From Candidatus Fervidifonticultor secundus (GTDB taxonomy: Bacteria; Sysuimicrobiota; Sysuimicrobiia; Sysuimicrobiales; Humicultoraceae), in NCBI GenBank assembly GCA_031459385.1, contig JAVKIP010000015.1:1-64000 (forward strand): a stretch of 64,000 bases of DNA, read 5' to 3'. The notes under the pieces were generated by a model. The model did no database searches, was not told the origin of the DNA, and was given only the letters and a program-made list of their open reading frames with translations. The position numbers were made by a program, and so were the translations under genes. Shown in pieces: positions 54,826 through 64,000 of the stretch. Each line of letters begins with the position of its first letter. Position 1 is the stretch's first letter.

Positions 54826-54900
54826 TACAAACTATGCCTAATCAACTATCATCAACACCGCAACGGGTCTCGGGAGAGAATCATGGAGAAAATCATGTGG
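54826..54900. promoter_or_regulatory. AT-rich regulatory patch with ATCAAC direct repeats
   Basis: ATCAAC at 54841 and 54851 (10-bp phase) and AATCATG twice, upstream of an HTH gene. Confidence 0.55.
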
Positions 54901-54935
54901 AAGGTGGCCGAGACCGCCGAGGCGGTGGGCCGACG

Positions 54936-55196
54936 ATGGTGGTGCGGATCGACGAGCAAGAGTACCTGACGGCCGCCGAGGCGTGTGCGGTCCTCGGCAT
55001 CAAGCCGCAGACGCTGTACGCCTATGTGAGCCGAGGGATCCTGCGCAGCTACCGGCAGGGCATGCGGCGCCAGCGGCTTTATCTGCGGCGCGACGTGGAG
55101 GCGCTGGTGCGCCTGCGGCCGGGCGGCCGACGCGGCCAGGGGCGCGCGCTGCGGCTGCCGCTGCCCCATGCGGAGGAGTGGATCGGCGACCGGTGA
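54936..55196 (+). CDS. Stand-alone HTH_17/excisionase-like DNA-binding protein
   Basis: YLTAAEACAVLGIKPQTLYAYVSRGILRS...RLY.R.DVEAL. Confidence 0.88.
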   Translation: MVVRIDEQEYLTAAEACAVLGIKPQTLYAYVSRGILRSYRQGMRRQRLYLRRDVEALVRLRPGGRRGQGRALRLPLPHAEEWIGDR

Positions 55197-56359
55197 CCCC
55201 ACAGGACACCCTGGCCGCCGCGCGTGGCCGCCTCCCGGCGGCCCTGGCCCTGCTGGAGGCGCTCGTCAATCTCGACACCGGCTCGCACGCGCTGGACGCA
55301 CTGGCTGCTGCCGGCCAGTGGCTGGAGACGCAACTGGAGGCGCTGGGGCTGCAGGCGCGCCGGCTGGAGTTCCCGGACGCTGGCCCGATCGTGGTGGGCA
55401 CGCGGGCCGGCGCGGGCCGAGCCCGGCTGCTCTTCCTGGCGCACTACGACACCGTCTTCGACTCCGCGGAGGTGCGGCGCCGGCCCTTCCGCAGTGACGG
55501 CCAGCGCGCCTACGGCCCCGGCGTGGCCGACATGAAAGGCGGCGTCGTCACGCTCTGGGAAGCCCTGCGCCTGCTGGGCGCCAGCGGGTGGGACGACTAC
55601 GCGTCGCTCACCGTGCTCCACAACGCCGACGAGGAGATCGGGTCGCCGCGCTCGCGGGCCGTGATCGAGGAGGAGGCCCGCCGCACCGACCTCTGCTTCG
55701 TGCTGGAGCCCGGCCGGCCCGACGGCTCCGTGGTCACGGCGCGCAAGGGCGTGGGCCGCTACACGCTGACCGTGCACGGCAGGGCAGCCCATGCCGGCGC
55801 GTACCCGCAGGACGGCGCCAGCGCGCTGGTGGCCCTGGCGCACAAGATCGTGGAGCTGCACGCGCTGAACGACTACGCGCGCGGGCTGACGGTGAACGTC
55901 GTCGTCACGGAAGGCGGCACGCGCGCCAACGTCGTGCCGGAGGTGGCCCGAGCGGAGATCGACGTCCGGGTGCCCGCCATGGCGCAGGTCGCCACACTGG
56001 AAGCGCGCCTGCGGGAGATCGCCGCCCGGGAACATCTGCCGCGTACGCACGCCGTGCTGGAGGGCGGGGTGAACCGCCCCCCGATGGAGCCCTCGCCGCG
56101 CAGCCAGGCGTTGCTGGCGCTCGCGCAGGCATCGGCGCAGGCGTTGGGGTTCGCGCTGCCGGCCGCGAGCACCGGCGGAGGATCCGACGGCAACTTCGTC
56201 GCGGCGCTTGGCGTGCCTGTGTTAGACGGGCTGGGAGCGGTCGGCGGCGGGTTCCACAGCGCCGAGGAGTACCTGGAAGTCGCGTCGCTCCCGCAGCGGG
56301 CCGTGCTGCTGGCGCTGGTGGTGCCGGAGGCCTGCCGGCGGCCGGAGATCATTGGATAG
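55193..56359 (+). CDS. M20 metallopeptidase (glutamate carboxypeptidase G2-like)
   Basis: AHYDTVF, GPGVADMKGG, DEEIGS, LEP, RKG, AHAG, GGGSDGN, HSAEEY. Confidence 0.92.
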   Translation: MTPQDTLAAARGRLPAALALLEALVNLDTGSHALDALAAAGQWLETQLEALGLQARRLEFPDAGPIVVGTRAGAGRARLLFLAHYDTVFDSAEVRRRPFRSDGQRAYGPGVADMKGGVVTLWEALRLLGASGWDDYASLTVLHNADEEIGSPRSRAVIEEEARRTDLCFVLEPGRPDGSVVTARKGVGRYTLTVHGRAAHAGAYPQDGASALVALAHKIVELHALNDYARGLTVNVVVTEGGTRANVVPEVARAEIDVRVPAMAQVATLEARLREIAAREHLPRTHAVLEGGVNRPPMEPSPRSQALLALAQASAQALGFALPAASTGGGSDGNFVAALGVPVLDGLGAVGGGFHSAEEYLEVASLPQRAVLLALVVPEACRRPEIIG

Positions 56360-56404
56360 CCAGCGCGCATCGGCGGCACACGCCAACCGGGTGAAGCCGG
56401 CCGC

Positions 56405-57061
56405 TCAGGCAGAGGCCACCGCCCGCACCTGGGCCATGGCCTCGCGGGCCCGCGCGGCGAGCACATCGAGGGCGACGCCGTGGCCCACGAGCTGCGAGCC
56501 CATGGCGACCCCGGCGGCGCCGGCGCGCAGGTAGGTGGCCACGTCGTCGGGGCCGATGTTGCCGACAGCCAGGAACCGCACCTCCGGGTACGGCGCCTGC
56601 AGGGCGCGCAGGTATTCGGGGCCCAGCAGCCCGGCCGGGAACAGCTTCTGGATCGCGTGGCCCCAGCGCAGCGCCACGCCCACCTCGGTGGCGGTCAGCA
56701 CGCCGGGGATGTAGAGCCGGTCGTGCGCGCGGGCGACCTGCGAGACGTCCTCGACCAGCCCGGGCGAGACCAGAAACTGCGCGCCGGCGTCGACGGCGTC
56801 TTCTGCCTGGCGCGCCTCGAGGAGGCTGCCGGCGCCCAGGATCGCCGCACCGCCGAACGCCTCGCGCAGGGCCCGCAGCGTCTCGGCGCCGCCGGCGGTC
56901 TCGAAGGTGATCTCCACGACGCGCACGCCGGCCGCCAGCAGCGTCTCGACGATGGGCTCCACCTCGGGCGATCGCAGGCGGCGCAGGATCGCGATCAGCC
57001 GCGCGTCGAGCACCTGCGCGGCGATGGCCCGGGCGGCGCTGGCGTCGGCCACGGCGGTCAC
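56405..57061 (-). CDS. eda: KDPG/KHG aldolase
   Basis: IAILR, VEIT, GAGS, GAQFLVSP, PGVLTATE, KLFPA; GTG overlaps the kdgK stop. Confidence 0.9.
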   Translation of the reverse strand: MTAVADASAARAIAAQVLDARLIAILRRLRSPEVEPIVETLLAAGVRVVEITFETAGGAETLRALREAFGGAAILGAGSLLEARQAEDAVDAGAQFLVSPGLVEDVSQVARAHDRLYIPGVLTATEVGVALRWGHAIQKLFPAGLLGPEYLRALQAPYPEVRFLAVGNIGPDDVATYLRAGAAGVAMGSQLVGHGVALDVLAARAREAMAQVRAVASA

Positions 57062-58011
57062 CGGTCGGGCCGCAATCCGCGGTCGGCGAGCAGGTGCAGC
57101 ACGTCGGCGCGGGTGCTCCAGGCGATATCGCCGTAGTAGGTCTGCGCCAGCGCGGCCAGCGCCGCACCGTAGCGCAGCCCGGCTCCCAGGTCCTCTTCGA
57201 GGGCGCCCCACAGCACGCCTGCCGCGAACGCGTCCCCGCGGCCGATGCGATCCAGCTCCTCGCCCGGGATTGCCGGCTCGTGCACGACGCTCCCGTCTCG
57301 GGCCAGATACGCGCCGTCGCGGCCCGCGGTGACGACGGCGGCGCCGGCGCCCGTGCGCGCGCGCAGCGCCGCGGCCTGCGCACCGGCCGGGCCGTCGAGG
57401 GCGAAGACCTCGCGGGCATCGTCGCTGGCGCAGATCACCAGGTCCGCGCCGGCGAGCAGCGGGTCCAGCGCGGCCCGGGCGCGGGCGGCCGACCACAGCC
57501 GGCGGCGGTAGTTGACGTCGAAGGCCACGTGCACGCCCGCGGCCCGGGCCTCCTGGATCGCGCGCGCGGTCGTGGCCGCGCAGGAGGCGCTGAGCGCCGG
57601 GGTGATGCCCGTGAGATGGATCCAGCGGGCCCGGCGTACGTAGGTCCAGTCCACGTCGTCCGGCCCCAGCGCGCTCGCGGCCGACCCTGCCCGGTCGTAG
57701 TGGACGGCGGCGGCACGCGGGGGTACCCCGGGCTCCAGGAAATAGAGGCCGGTGCGTGCCTGCGGCGTCCAGACCACCGCAGCGAGATCCACGCCGTGTC
57801 GTCGCAGTTCGGCGGCGATGCGGCGGCCCAGCGGACCGTCCGCCAGGCGCGAGATCCACCCCGTGCGGAAGCCCATCCGGGCCAGGGCGACTGCGACGTT
57901 GGCCTCGGCGCCCGCCGCGCGGACCTCGAAGGCCGCCGCGGCCTCCAACGTCTCACCCCGCGGCGGCGAGAGCCGGAGCATGGCTTCCCCGATGCCCACC
58001 ACGTCGAGCAT
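57058..58011 (-). CDS. kdgK: PfkB-family sugar kinase (2-keto-3-deoxygluconate kinase-like)
   Basis: GEAMLRL, GAEANVA, RTGLYF, YDRAGSA, GITPALS, FDVNYRRRLW, DRIGRGDAF. Confidence 0.88.
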   Translation of the reverse strand: MLDVVGIGEAMLRLSPPRGETLEAAAAFEVRAAGAEANVAVALARMGFRTGWISRLADGPLGRRIAAELRRHGVDLAAVVWTPQARTGLYFLEPGVPPRAAAVHYDRAGSAASALGPDDVDWTYVRRARWIHLTGITPALSASCAATTARAIQEARAAGVHVAFDVNYRRRLWSAARARAALDPLLAGADLVICASDDAREVFALDGPAGAQAAALRARTGAGAAVVTAGRDGAYLARDGSVVHEPAIPGEELDRIGRGDAFAAGVLWGALEEDLGAGLRYGAALAALAQTYYGDIAWSTRADVLHLLADRGLRPDR

Positions 58012-58086
58012 GGCACAGGTGTTCTTTGCCGGCGTGGTGCCCGCCCCTGCCGGGTTCGGCATAGGACCCGCCGGGGAGCGCGGGCC

Positions 58087-59028
58087 CTACGCCCGCAGGT
58101 ACCGGTCGAACCAGCCCAGCAGCCGCTCCCAGGCCTGGCGCGCGGCTACGGCGTGGTACCGTGGGCCGGTGTCGTTGAAGAAGGCGTGGTCGGCCCCAGG
58201 GTAGACAACGATCTCGTGGGTGATACCGGCACGCTGCAGCGCCTCGCGCAGCGCCGGGATGCCTGTGTTGATGCGGCTGTCGAGTTCGCCGTAGATCCCC
58301 AGCACCGCGGCGCGGATCTTCGGCACGTCGCCCAGTGGCGGGTTGGGCCCGTAGAACGGGACCGCAGCCCGCAGGTCGGCGTTGGCGGTGGCGAGCCGCC
58401 AGACCATGCCGCCACCGAAACAGAAGCCCGTGGCGCCCACGCGGTCGCGGCGGACGTAGGGCAGGCCCTGCAGGTGGCGGACGGCCGCGTTCATCGTGGC
58501 AAGGTGCTGCTCGACCGGGGTCTGCGCCAGGATCGCGGTGACCTGCGCCGGGTCGCTGAAGTGCTCGGTGCCGCCCTGGTGCGAGGCCAGGTCCACGGCC
58601 AGGCCGACGTAGCCCACTTGGGCCAGGCGGCGTGCGATGTCCTTGAAGTGTTCCAGCAATCCGCGGTTCTCATGGATGATGAGTACGCCGGGGAATGGGC
58701 CGCCGCCGCGGGGTTTCGCCACGTAGCCAATCCCCATGCCGGTCCCCGCGGGAAAGGTGATCGTCCCCACGGCCTCGATGGCCAGATCGTTGGGCGCGAC
58801 GGTCACGCCCGGCGCGGCTGCAGCGGCCGCGGGCGGTGCCCCCGCCGCCTCCGCGACCTCTTCCGGGGCCGCGACGATGCCCAGGTGCTGCAGCATCGGG
58901 ACCGCCAGCGCCGCGCCGCCGGCCATCAGGGCCAGGCGCCGGAGCAGTTCGCGCCGCGCCAGCCGGCCGGCGCGGTAGTCCTCGGCCCACTCCTCCAGCA
59001 CGTAGCGTTCCATCTCGGTCACGGGCAT
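58087..59028 (-). CDS. Dienelactone hydrolase family protein (YghX-like)
   Basis: HENRGL, GFCFGG, FYG, D.RIN, HAFFNDT; N-terminal Y..G.L.RRELLRRL. Confidence 0.92.
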   Translation of the reverse strand: MPVTEMERYVLEEWAEDYRAGRLARRELLRRLALMAGGAALAVPMLQHLGIVAAPEEVAEAAGAPPAAAAAAPGVTVAPNDLAIEAVGTITFPAGTGMGIGYVAKPRGGGPFPGVLIIHENRGLLEHFKDIARRLAQVGYVGLAVDLASHQGGTEHFSDPAQVTAILAQTPVEQHLATMNAAVRHLQGLPYVRRDRVGATGFCFGGGMVWRLATANADLRAAVPFYGPNPPLGDVPKIRAAVLGIYGELDSRINTGIPALREALQRAGITHEIVVYPGADHAFFNDTGPRYHAVAARQAWERLLGWFDRYLRA

Positions 59029-59158
59029 CTCCCCTTCCATACCATCGAGGCAATGTTCTCCCCAGAAGAAAACGTAGAACCGGTCCTCGCGCTATTTCCA
59101 GAATTGGCTGGCGGGCTTTACCGTCCTCTCACCCACCCTGGGGCCCGGAGCGACAGCC

Positions 59159-59352
59159 GTGGCGGCGCGTGTCCTCATCGTGGAAGACGGCGCCAGGATG
59201 GCCGACGCAACAGGCTCGTGCAACCCACCCGCCGGTGCGCGGCAGCCTCCTCCTGGAAGCTGCTGGCGATCAACCTGCTGGTCGTCGGATGGCAGTGGTG
59301 GTGATCGCCGTCGCCGGCAACCGAGCTCCGCACGCCGCTGGCCAACCTGCGG
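59159..59352 (+). pseudogene. Collapsed relic of a response regulator + sensor kinase pair
   Basis: Fragments in native order but different frames: VAARVLIVED (59159), VRGSLL/WKLLAINLLVVG (from 59235), ELRTPLANLR (59323-59352). Confidence 0.7.
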
Positions 59353-59422
59353 GACCCAGGGACCTGCGGGCGCTGGTACCTGCACGATATCAGTGGGATG
59401 CCCCTGGTGGTGATGGCAAACC

Positions 59423-61294
59423 TCAGGCGGAGTGCCCGGGCGACGGTGCCGGCAGCTGGCGGGGCCGGCGGAGCAGGCGGGCGGCGCTGATCGCCCCGCA
59501 GACCGCGATCCCCCCTGCCGAGGCGGCGGCCGACGGGTGGAAGAGCAGGGCTGCGCCGGCGGCAAGCCCCAGCCGCGTCCACGGCTGCAGGGGGCCGCTC
59601 AGGAACCCCGTCACCGCCGACGAGAGGAACACCACGCCGATCGCCGCAGTCCCCACGTGCAGCCCGATGCTCACCGGGCTGCCCTGCAGCAGCAGCGCGG
59701 GCAGGAAGACGAACCCGAACGGCACCAGGTAGCCCGAGAGGGTCAGGCGCATCCCCTTGAGCCCGGTCTCCATCCAGTTGGAGCCCGCGATCGCCGACGC
59801 CGTGAACAGCGCCATGCCCTCGGGCGGCGTGATCGTTGCCAGCACCGAGTAGTAGAAGATGAACAGGTGGGCGGCGAGCCGGGGGACGCCCACGGTCTCC
59901 AGCGCCGGCGCGATGGTGGCAGCGGCGATGAGATACGCGGCGGTCGTCGGCAGCGCCAGGCCCAGCACGAGCGTCGCCACCACCACCAGTGCCAGCAGTA
60001 CCAGCAGGTTGCCACCGGCGGCCTGCACGGCCAGCGTCGAGAACTTCACCCCGATGCCTGTGAAGACGATCATCGAGTAGACCAGGGCAGAGCACGCGGT
60101 GCCCATCGCGGCCTCCAGCGTGCGGAGTCCTCCGTCGGCCAGCACCGCGGGCACGGCCGCCGCCCGCGCGCGGGTGGCGGGGTGGAGCGCGGCGGTGACC
60201 ACGGTGGCCACGATGACCAGGGCCGCCGCGCGGGGCGGGTTGACCCCGCCGACCACGAGCCAGACGAGGAGCAGCAGCGGCACGAGCAGGTGGCCCCGGC
60301 TGGCCAGGGCGCGCCGGATGCTGGGGAAGCCCGCGTCGATCTCGGCCCGTGTCAGCCCCCGCAGGCCCAGGGCGCCGGCCGTGAAGTACACCGACGCGCC
60401 GACGCCCAGGTAGTACAGGAGGGCCGGGAGCAGCGCGGCCTGGACGATCTGGGCGTAGGGCACCCGCAGGAGCTCGGCCATGATGAAGGCCGCGGCGCCC
60501 ATCACCGGTGGCATGAGCTGCCCGCCCGCCGACGACGCCAGCTCGACGGCCGCCGCCGTGGCCGGGGGGAAGCCATAGCGCTTCATCAGCGGGATCGTAA
60601 CAGCGCCGTCGATGGCGACGTTGGCCGGCGCGGAGCCCGAGACCATGCCGAACGCCAGGCTGCCCATGACCGACACCTGCGCCGGGCCGCCGCGCACGCG
60701 GCCGGCGAGGCGCATGGCCAGGGCGGTGAGCAGGTCGGCCACCCCGGCGCGCATCATGGCCTCGCCCAGCACGACGAAGACCAGGATGTACGTGGCCGCC
60801 ACGCCGACGGGCAGGCTCCAGAGGCCGTCGGGGGTCAGGTAGATGTAGCCCAGGACATCCGGCAGCGCGAAACCGGCGTGTCCCCAGTTGCCGGGAATGT
60901 ACCGGCCGCCCAGGGCATAGGCGATCATAGCCAGGGCCAGCGCCGGCAGCGCCCAGCCCAGCAGGCGGCGCGTCGCCTCCAGCGTCAGCAGGAGCGCCGC
61001 GGCGGCCAGGACCAGCTGCGGGCCGGTGGCGATGCCCGCCTGATAGGCCACGGTGTCGCGGTGCAGGATGACGTAGCCGGTGCTGGCGACGGCCGCGACG
61101 GCGAGGGTGGCCTCGCGCGCCCGCAGGCGCCCGCCGCGCGCCATGGGGTCGAGGAACACCAGCAGCAGGGCGAACAGCAGGAACAGCGGACGCTGCACGA
61201 AGAGATCCATGCCGCCGCGCCAGGCGGCGGTCACGAAGACCACCGCGAAGAGCAGCGCCGTACCCCGGTGCAGGCGAACGAGCGCGGCGGCCAC
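59423..61294 (-). CDS. TRAP transporter fused 4TM/12TM permease
   Basis: RGGPAQ, GMVSGS..ANV, SAGGQLMPPVMGAAAFIMA, LPTTAAY, AHLFIFYY, ITPP. Confidence 0.94.
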   Translation of the reverse strand: MAAALVRLHRGTALLFAVVFVTAAWRGGMDLFVQRPLFLLFALLLVFLDPMARGGRLRAREATLAVAAVASTGYVILHRDTVAYQAGIATGPQLVLAAAALLLTLEATRRLLGWALPALALAMIAYALGGRYIPGNWGHAGFALPDVLGYIYLTPDGLWSLPVGVAATYILVFVVLGEAMMRAGVADLLTALAMRLAGRVRGGPAQVSVMGSLAFGMVSGSAPANVAIDGAVTIPLMKRYGFPPATAAAVELASSAGGQLMPPVMGAAAFIMAELLRVPYAQIVQAALLPALLYYLGVGASVYFTAGALGLRGLTRAEIDAGFPSIRRALASRGHLLVPLLLLVWLVVGGVNPPRAAALVIVATVVTAALHPATRARAAAVPAVLADGGLRTLEAAMGTACSALVYSMIVFTGIGVKFSTLAVQAAGGNLLVLLALVVVATLVLGLALPTTAAYLIAAATIAPALETVGVPRLAAHLFIFYYSVLATITPPEGMALFTASAIAGSNWMETGLKGMRLTLSGYLVPFGFVFLPALLLQGSPVSIGLHVGTAAIGVVFLSSAVTGFLSGPLQPWTRLGLAAGAALLFHPSAAASAGGIAVCGAISAARLLRRPRQLPAPSPGHSA

Positions 61295-61309
61295 CGGCGC
61301 CGGGCGATC

Positions 61310-62290
61310 CTATCTCGGCAGGCTGGCCGGCGGGTGCATCTCCCCCGGGATGCGTACGCGGGCGTCGCGGTAGTACCGCAGGGCGCCGGGGTGCAGCGGG
61401 TAGCGCGTCTGCACCACGGCCGCCGGCGTCAGGCCTTCCGCTTCCTTGTAGACTTTGACCACGGTCGCGTAGTTCTCGTAGACCGCCTTCGTGATGCGGT
61501 ACACCAGCTCGGCGTCGAGGTCGTGGCGCGCGGCCATCACCGCCCAGGGTGCCAGCACCCGGGCCTTGCCGGCGCCGCGATACGAGGCACCGAAGTCGGC
61601 CTCGGCCACCGGGATCTGCGGTAGGCGCTCGGCGACCAGCGCGGCTTCTTCGTCGGTGAACGACAGGACGCGCAGCGGCTCGCGCAGGCCCACCTCGCCG
61701 TAGGCCGGGGCGATGCCGCCGGCGGTTACGACGTCGATCTCCCCGCTCTGCAGACCGGCGGCGGCGTCGCCGTGCGGGAAGTGATAGACGCGGCTGGGGC
61801 GGATGCGCAGCACCTCCAGCAGCCGCGTGCCCACCGCCTCGGCCAGCGAGCCGCGCGTCAGCACGTTGATCCGCTTCCCGTGCAGGTCAGCGAACCCGCG
61901 GATCCCCGAGCTCTGTTTGACGATGAAGTGCACGTAGAGCGGCGGGACCGTCGGGTACATCTGCAGCGGAACCTTGCGGGCGTCCCGGTAGTCGCCCCGG
62001 CGTGCCAGGACGTCGAACCCGTCCACCGTGACCACCACGGCTACATCGCCCAGTCCGGCCGCCAGCCGCCGGGCATTGGCGCCGTAGCCCGGCGTCCCCT
62101 GCACCGTGGGGATCGCGACCCCCTGGAGATGGTCGAGGATGACCTGGTTCAGCCCGACCGCCTGCAGGTAGCCGGCCCCGCCGACCACGCCGCCCAGAAT
62201 CGTGAGCCGGACCTGCGCGCCCGCCGGTGCCCCGGCGGACGCCACCGCCAGCAGCCCGATCGCGATCACCACTGCGCTGCGCCTGTCCAT
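61310..62290 (-). CDS. TAXI-family TRAP solute-binding protein
   Basis: Signal peptide, GG..GG.GY, TPGY.AN, DL.GKRI, VYRITKA, PLHPGALRYY. Confidence 0.9.
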   Translation of the reverse strand: MDRRSAVVIAIGLLAVASAGAPAGAQVRLTILGGVVGGAGYLQAVGLNQVILDHLQGVAIPTVQGTPGYGANARRLAAGLGDVAVVVTVDGFDVLARRGDYRDARKVPLQMYPTVPPLYVHFIVKQSSGIRGFADLHGKRINVLTRGSLAEAVGTRLLEVLRIRPSRVYHFPHGDAAAGLQSGEIDVVTAGGIAPAYGEVGLREPLRVLSFTDEEAALVAERLPQIPVAEADFGASYRGAGKARVLAPWAVMAARHDLDAELVYRITKAVYENYATVVKVYKEAEGLTPAAVVQTRYPLHPGALRYYRDARVRIPGEMHPPASLPR

Positions 62291-62296
62291 CCTCCA

Positions 62297-63295
62297 TCAC
62301 TCCCTGTGGCCCGGAGCCGGGCCTGTGGATTCGCGAACGTGCAACTGCGTCGGCAGCACGACCGATGCCGCCGGCTGCCCGGCCAGCAGCGCCAGCAGCA
62401 GCGCTGCCGCCCGGCGGCCCAGGTCGTACATGGGGACGCTGATGGCGGTGAGCGACGGGATGACGAACGCCGCGAGCGGCGTATCGTCGAAGGCCACGAC
62501 CGAGACGCGCGCGGGGACCGCGACGCCCAGATCGTGCAGGGCGCGGAGCGCACCGATCGCCACCTGGTCGCTGAAGGCGATCAGGGCCGATGGTGGCGAG
62601 GCCCGCTGCAGCAGGCGCCGGGCCGCTGCATAGCCGCCCGGGCCGGTGAAGTCCGTGGCCACCACGTCCTGGTCTGCGAGCGCCACGCCGGCGGCGCGCA
62701 GCGCCCGCGCCACGCCCGTCGTGCGGTCGCGGACCGTGCGCGAGGCCGCCGGCCCGGCCAGGCACGCGATGCGGCGGTGTCCCAGGGCCAGCAGGTGCCG
62801 GGCCGCGGTCTCCCCGGCCGCGACGTTGTCCACGCGGACCGTGGGCAGCGGCACCTGGTGCCGGCCGATGGCGACCATGGGGACGAGGCCGCGCACCAGG
62901 CGCAGGTCCGCTGCGGTGACGGTGCCGCCGGCAACGATCAGCCCGTCCACGCGCCGCTCCAGCAACGTCCGCAGGTAGACCTGCTGCTTGTCCTGCCGCC
63001 GGTCGGTGTTGCACAGGATCACGGCGCGGCCGGCCTGGCTGGCGGCGTCCTCGATGCCGCGCAGGACGACGGCGTAGTAGGGGTTGGAGACGTCGGGCAC
63101 CAGCAGCCCGATGGCAGCGGTCTCCCGGGTCAGGAGGCTGCGCGCCAGCCGGTTGGGGACGTAGCCCAGCGTGCGCGCGGTGCGCTCGACGCGCGCCCGG
63201 GCCCGCGGGCTCACAGGGTGGCCGCTGTTATTGAGGACCCGCGACACGGTCGCAGGCGAGACGCCCGCGCGCCGGGCCACGTCGTGGATCGTCAC
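62297..63295 (-). CDS. LacI-family transcriptional regulator
   Basis: VTIHDVARRAGVSPATVSRVLN, GYVPN..ARSL, PDVSNPYY, VAFDD, PSLT. Start GTG 63295 or ATG 63331. Confidence 0.95.
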   Translation of the reverse strand: MTIHDVARRAGVSPATVSRVLNNSGHPVSPRARARVERTARTLGYVPNRLARSLLTRETAAIGLLVPDVSNPYYAVVLRGIEDAASQAGRAVILCNTDRRQDKQQVYLRTLLERRVDGLIVAGGTVTAADLRLVRGLVPMVAIGRHQVPLPTVRVDNVAAGETAARHLLALGHRRIACLAGPAASRTVRDRTTGVARALRAAGVALADQDVVATDFTGPGGYAAARRLLQRASPPSALIAFSDQVAIGALRALHDLGVAVPARVSVVAFDDTPLAAFVIPSLTAISVPMYDLGRRAAALLLALLAGQPAASVVLPTQLHVRESTGPAPGHRE

Positions 63296-63302
63296 GGTCG
63301 CG

Positions 63303-64000
63303 CTATGGTGTGACGACGACCTTGATCGCATCGTCGATGCGCTTCTCGAAGGTCTCCAGGGCCCGGGGCAGGTCGTCCAGCGTGAACCGGTGGGTGATGA
63401 ACGGCTTCCCTGAGATCTTCCCCTGGGCCATCAGGGCCAGGCCGCGCCTGACTGCGCCTCGCCCCTCGCCGCGGATGCCGTAGAGGTAGATGTTGTTGCG
63501 CACCAGGTAGGCCGCATCGAAGCGCACCGGCTCGCGGCTGAACGCGGCCAGGCAGATGCGGCCCCCACGCTTGGTGGCGTAGAGGGCGTCGTTGACCGCG
63601 CCGGGCGCGCCCGAGCACTCCATGACCAGGTCCACGCCGAGTCCGCCGGTGAGGTCTTTCACGGCGGCGGCCAGGTCGCGCGCGCCAACGTTGATGACGT
63701 GGTCGGCGCCCAGGCGCCGGCCGAGGTCCAGGCGGCTGGCGCGGGTGCCGGCCAGTACCACCTCGGCTCCCAGCGCCTTGCCGCACGCCACGGCCATGAG
63801 CCCGATCGGGCCGGGGCCGATGACCAGCAGCGACTCGCCGGCGATCAGGCCGCCCAGGACGTCGAGCCCGTAGAGCGCCGTGCCGGCGGTGACGATGAGC
63901 GTCGCCTCGTCGAACGGGATGTGGTCGGGCAGGCGGAAGACGGTGCTGACGTGGTTGACCGCGTACTCGGCGAAGCCGCCGTCGGTGGTGAAGCCGTTGG
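63303..64000 (-). CDS. Zn-dependent (MDR) alcohol/polyol dehydrogenase, 5' part outside the window
   Basis: GFTTDGGFAEY, IGPGPIGL, GADHVIN, GVDLVMECSG, ITHRFTL, AIKVVV. Confidence 0.9.
   Translation of the reverse strand, partial: NGFTTDGGFAEYAVNHVSTVFRLPDHIPFDEATLIVTAGTALYGLDVLGGLIAGESLLVIGPGPIGLMAVACGKALGAEVVLAGTRASRLDLGRRLGADHVINVGARDLAAAVKDLTGGLGVDLVMECSGAPGAVNDALYATKRGGRICLAAFSREPVRFDAAYLVRNNIYLYGIRGEGRGAVRRGLALMAQGKISGKPFITHRFTLDDLPRALETFEKRIDDAIKVVVTP

Noticed and set aside
54936..55196. Prophage excisionase
   Set aside because: No integrase or phage genes nearby, and the gene is coupled to a metabolic peptidase.

Overview
Very GC-rich bacterial chromosomal segment, mostly core and metabolic genes, with no CRISPR array, prophage or IS element. 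Left to right: (1) a secreted protein (partial, minus strand) behind a c-di-GMP-I (GEMM) riboswitch and terminator; (2) a divergent heat-shock operon hspR-hsp20-dnaK-grpE-dnaJ(cbpA-like)-clpB; (3) a membrane-fused spermidine synthase-like gene, DUF951, ychF and rpsF-ssb-rpsR-yybS-rplI-dnaB. dnaB has degenerate DnaA boxes and two Gram-positive-type LexA boxes upstream and a 325-aa intein in its Walker A motif; (4) citrate synthase, an alpha/beta hydrolase, and a shortened FliA/WhiG-like sigma factor followed by a sensor-less LytS-type kinase and a LytTR regulator; (5) three tRNAs (Glu-TTC, Val-CAC, Thr-CGT), DoxX, a PQQ sugar dehydrogenase, an RND pump, DUF1177, a family-5 UDG, two GT-C glycosyltransferases, peptidases and tatA; (6) a 13-kb minus-strand run of ugpB-glpQ-ugpA-ugpE, a Cys/Thr proline-racemase-family dehydratase with an extra N-terminal domain, acyl-CoA dehydrogenase, a RipB/Ich-like hydratase, DUF1445 and a Liv-type ABC transporter; (7) kdgK-eda, a dienelactone hydrolase, a collapsed two-component-system relic, a TAXI-TRAP transporter, LacI and a partial Zn-dependent dehydrogenase. 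The mix of Firmicute-like gene order, HspR, GAAC-N4-GTTC LexA boxes and the non-Firmicute DnaK insert suggests a deep-branching Terrabacteria lineage such as Armatimonadota/CSP1-3 (inference only). All calls come from reading motifs by eye; no database searches were run.
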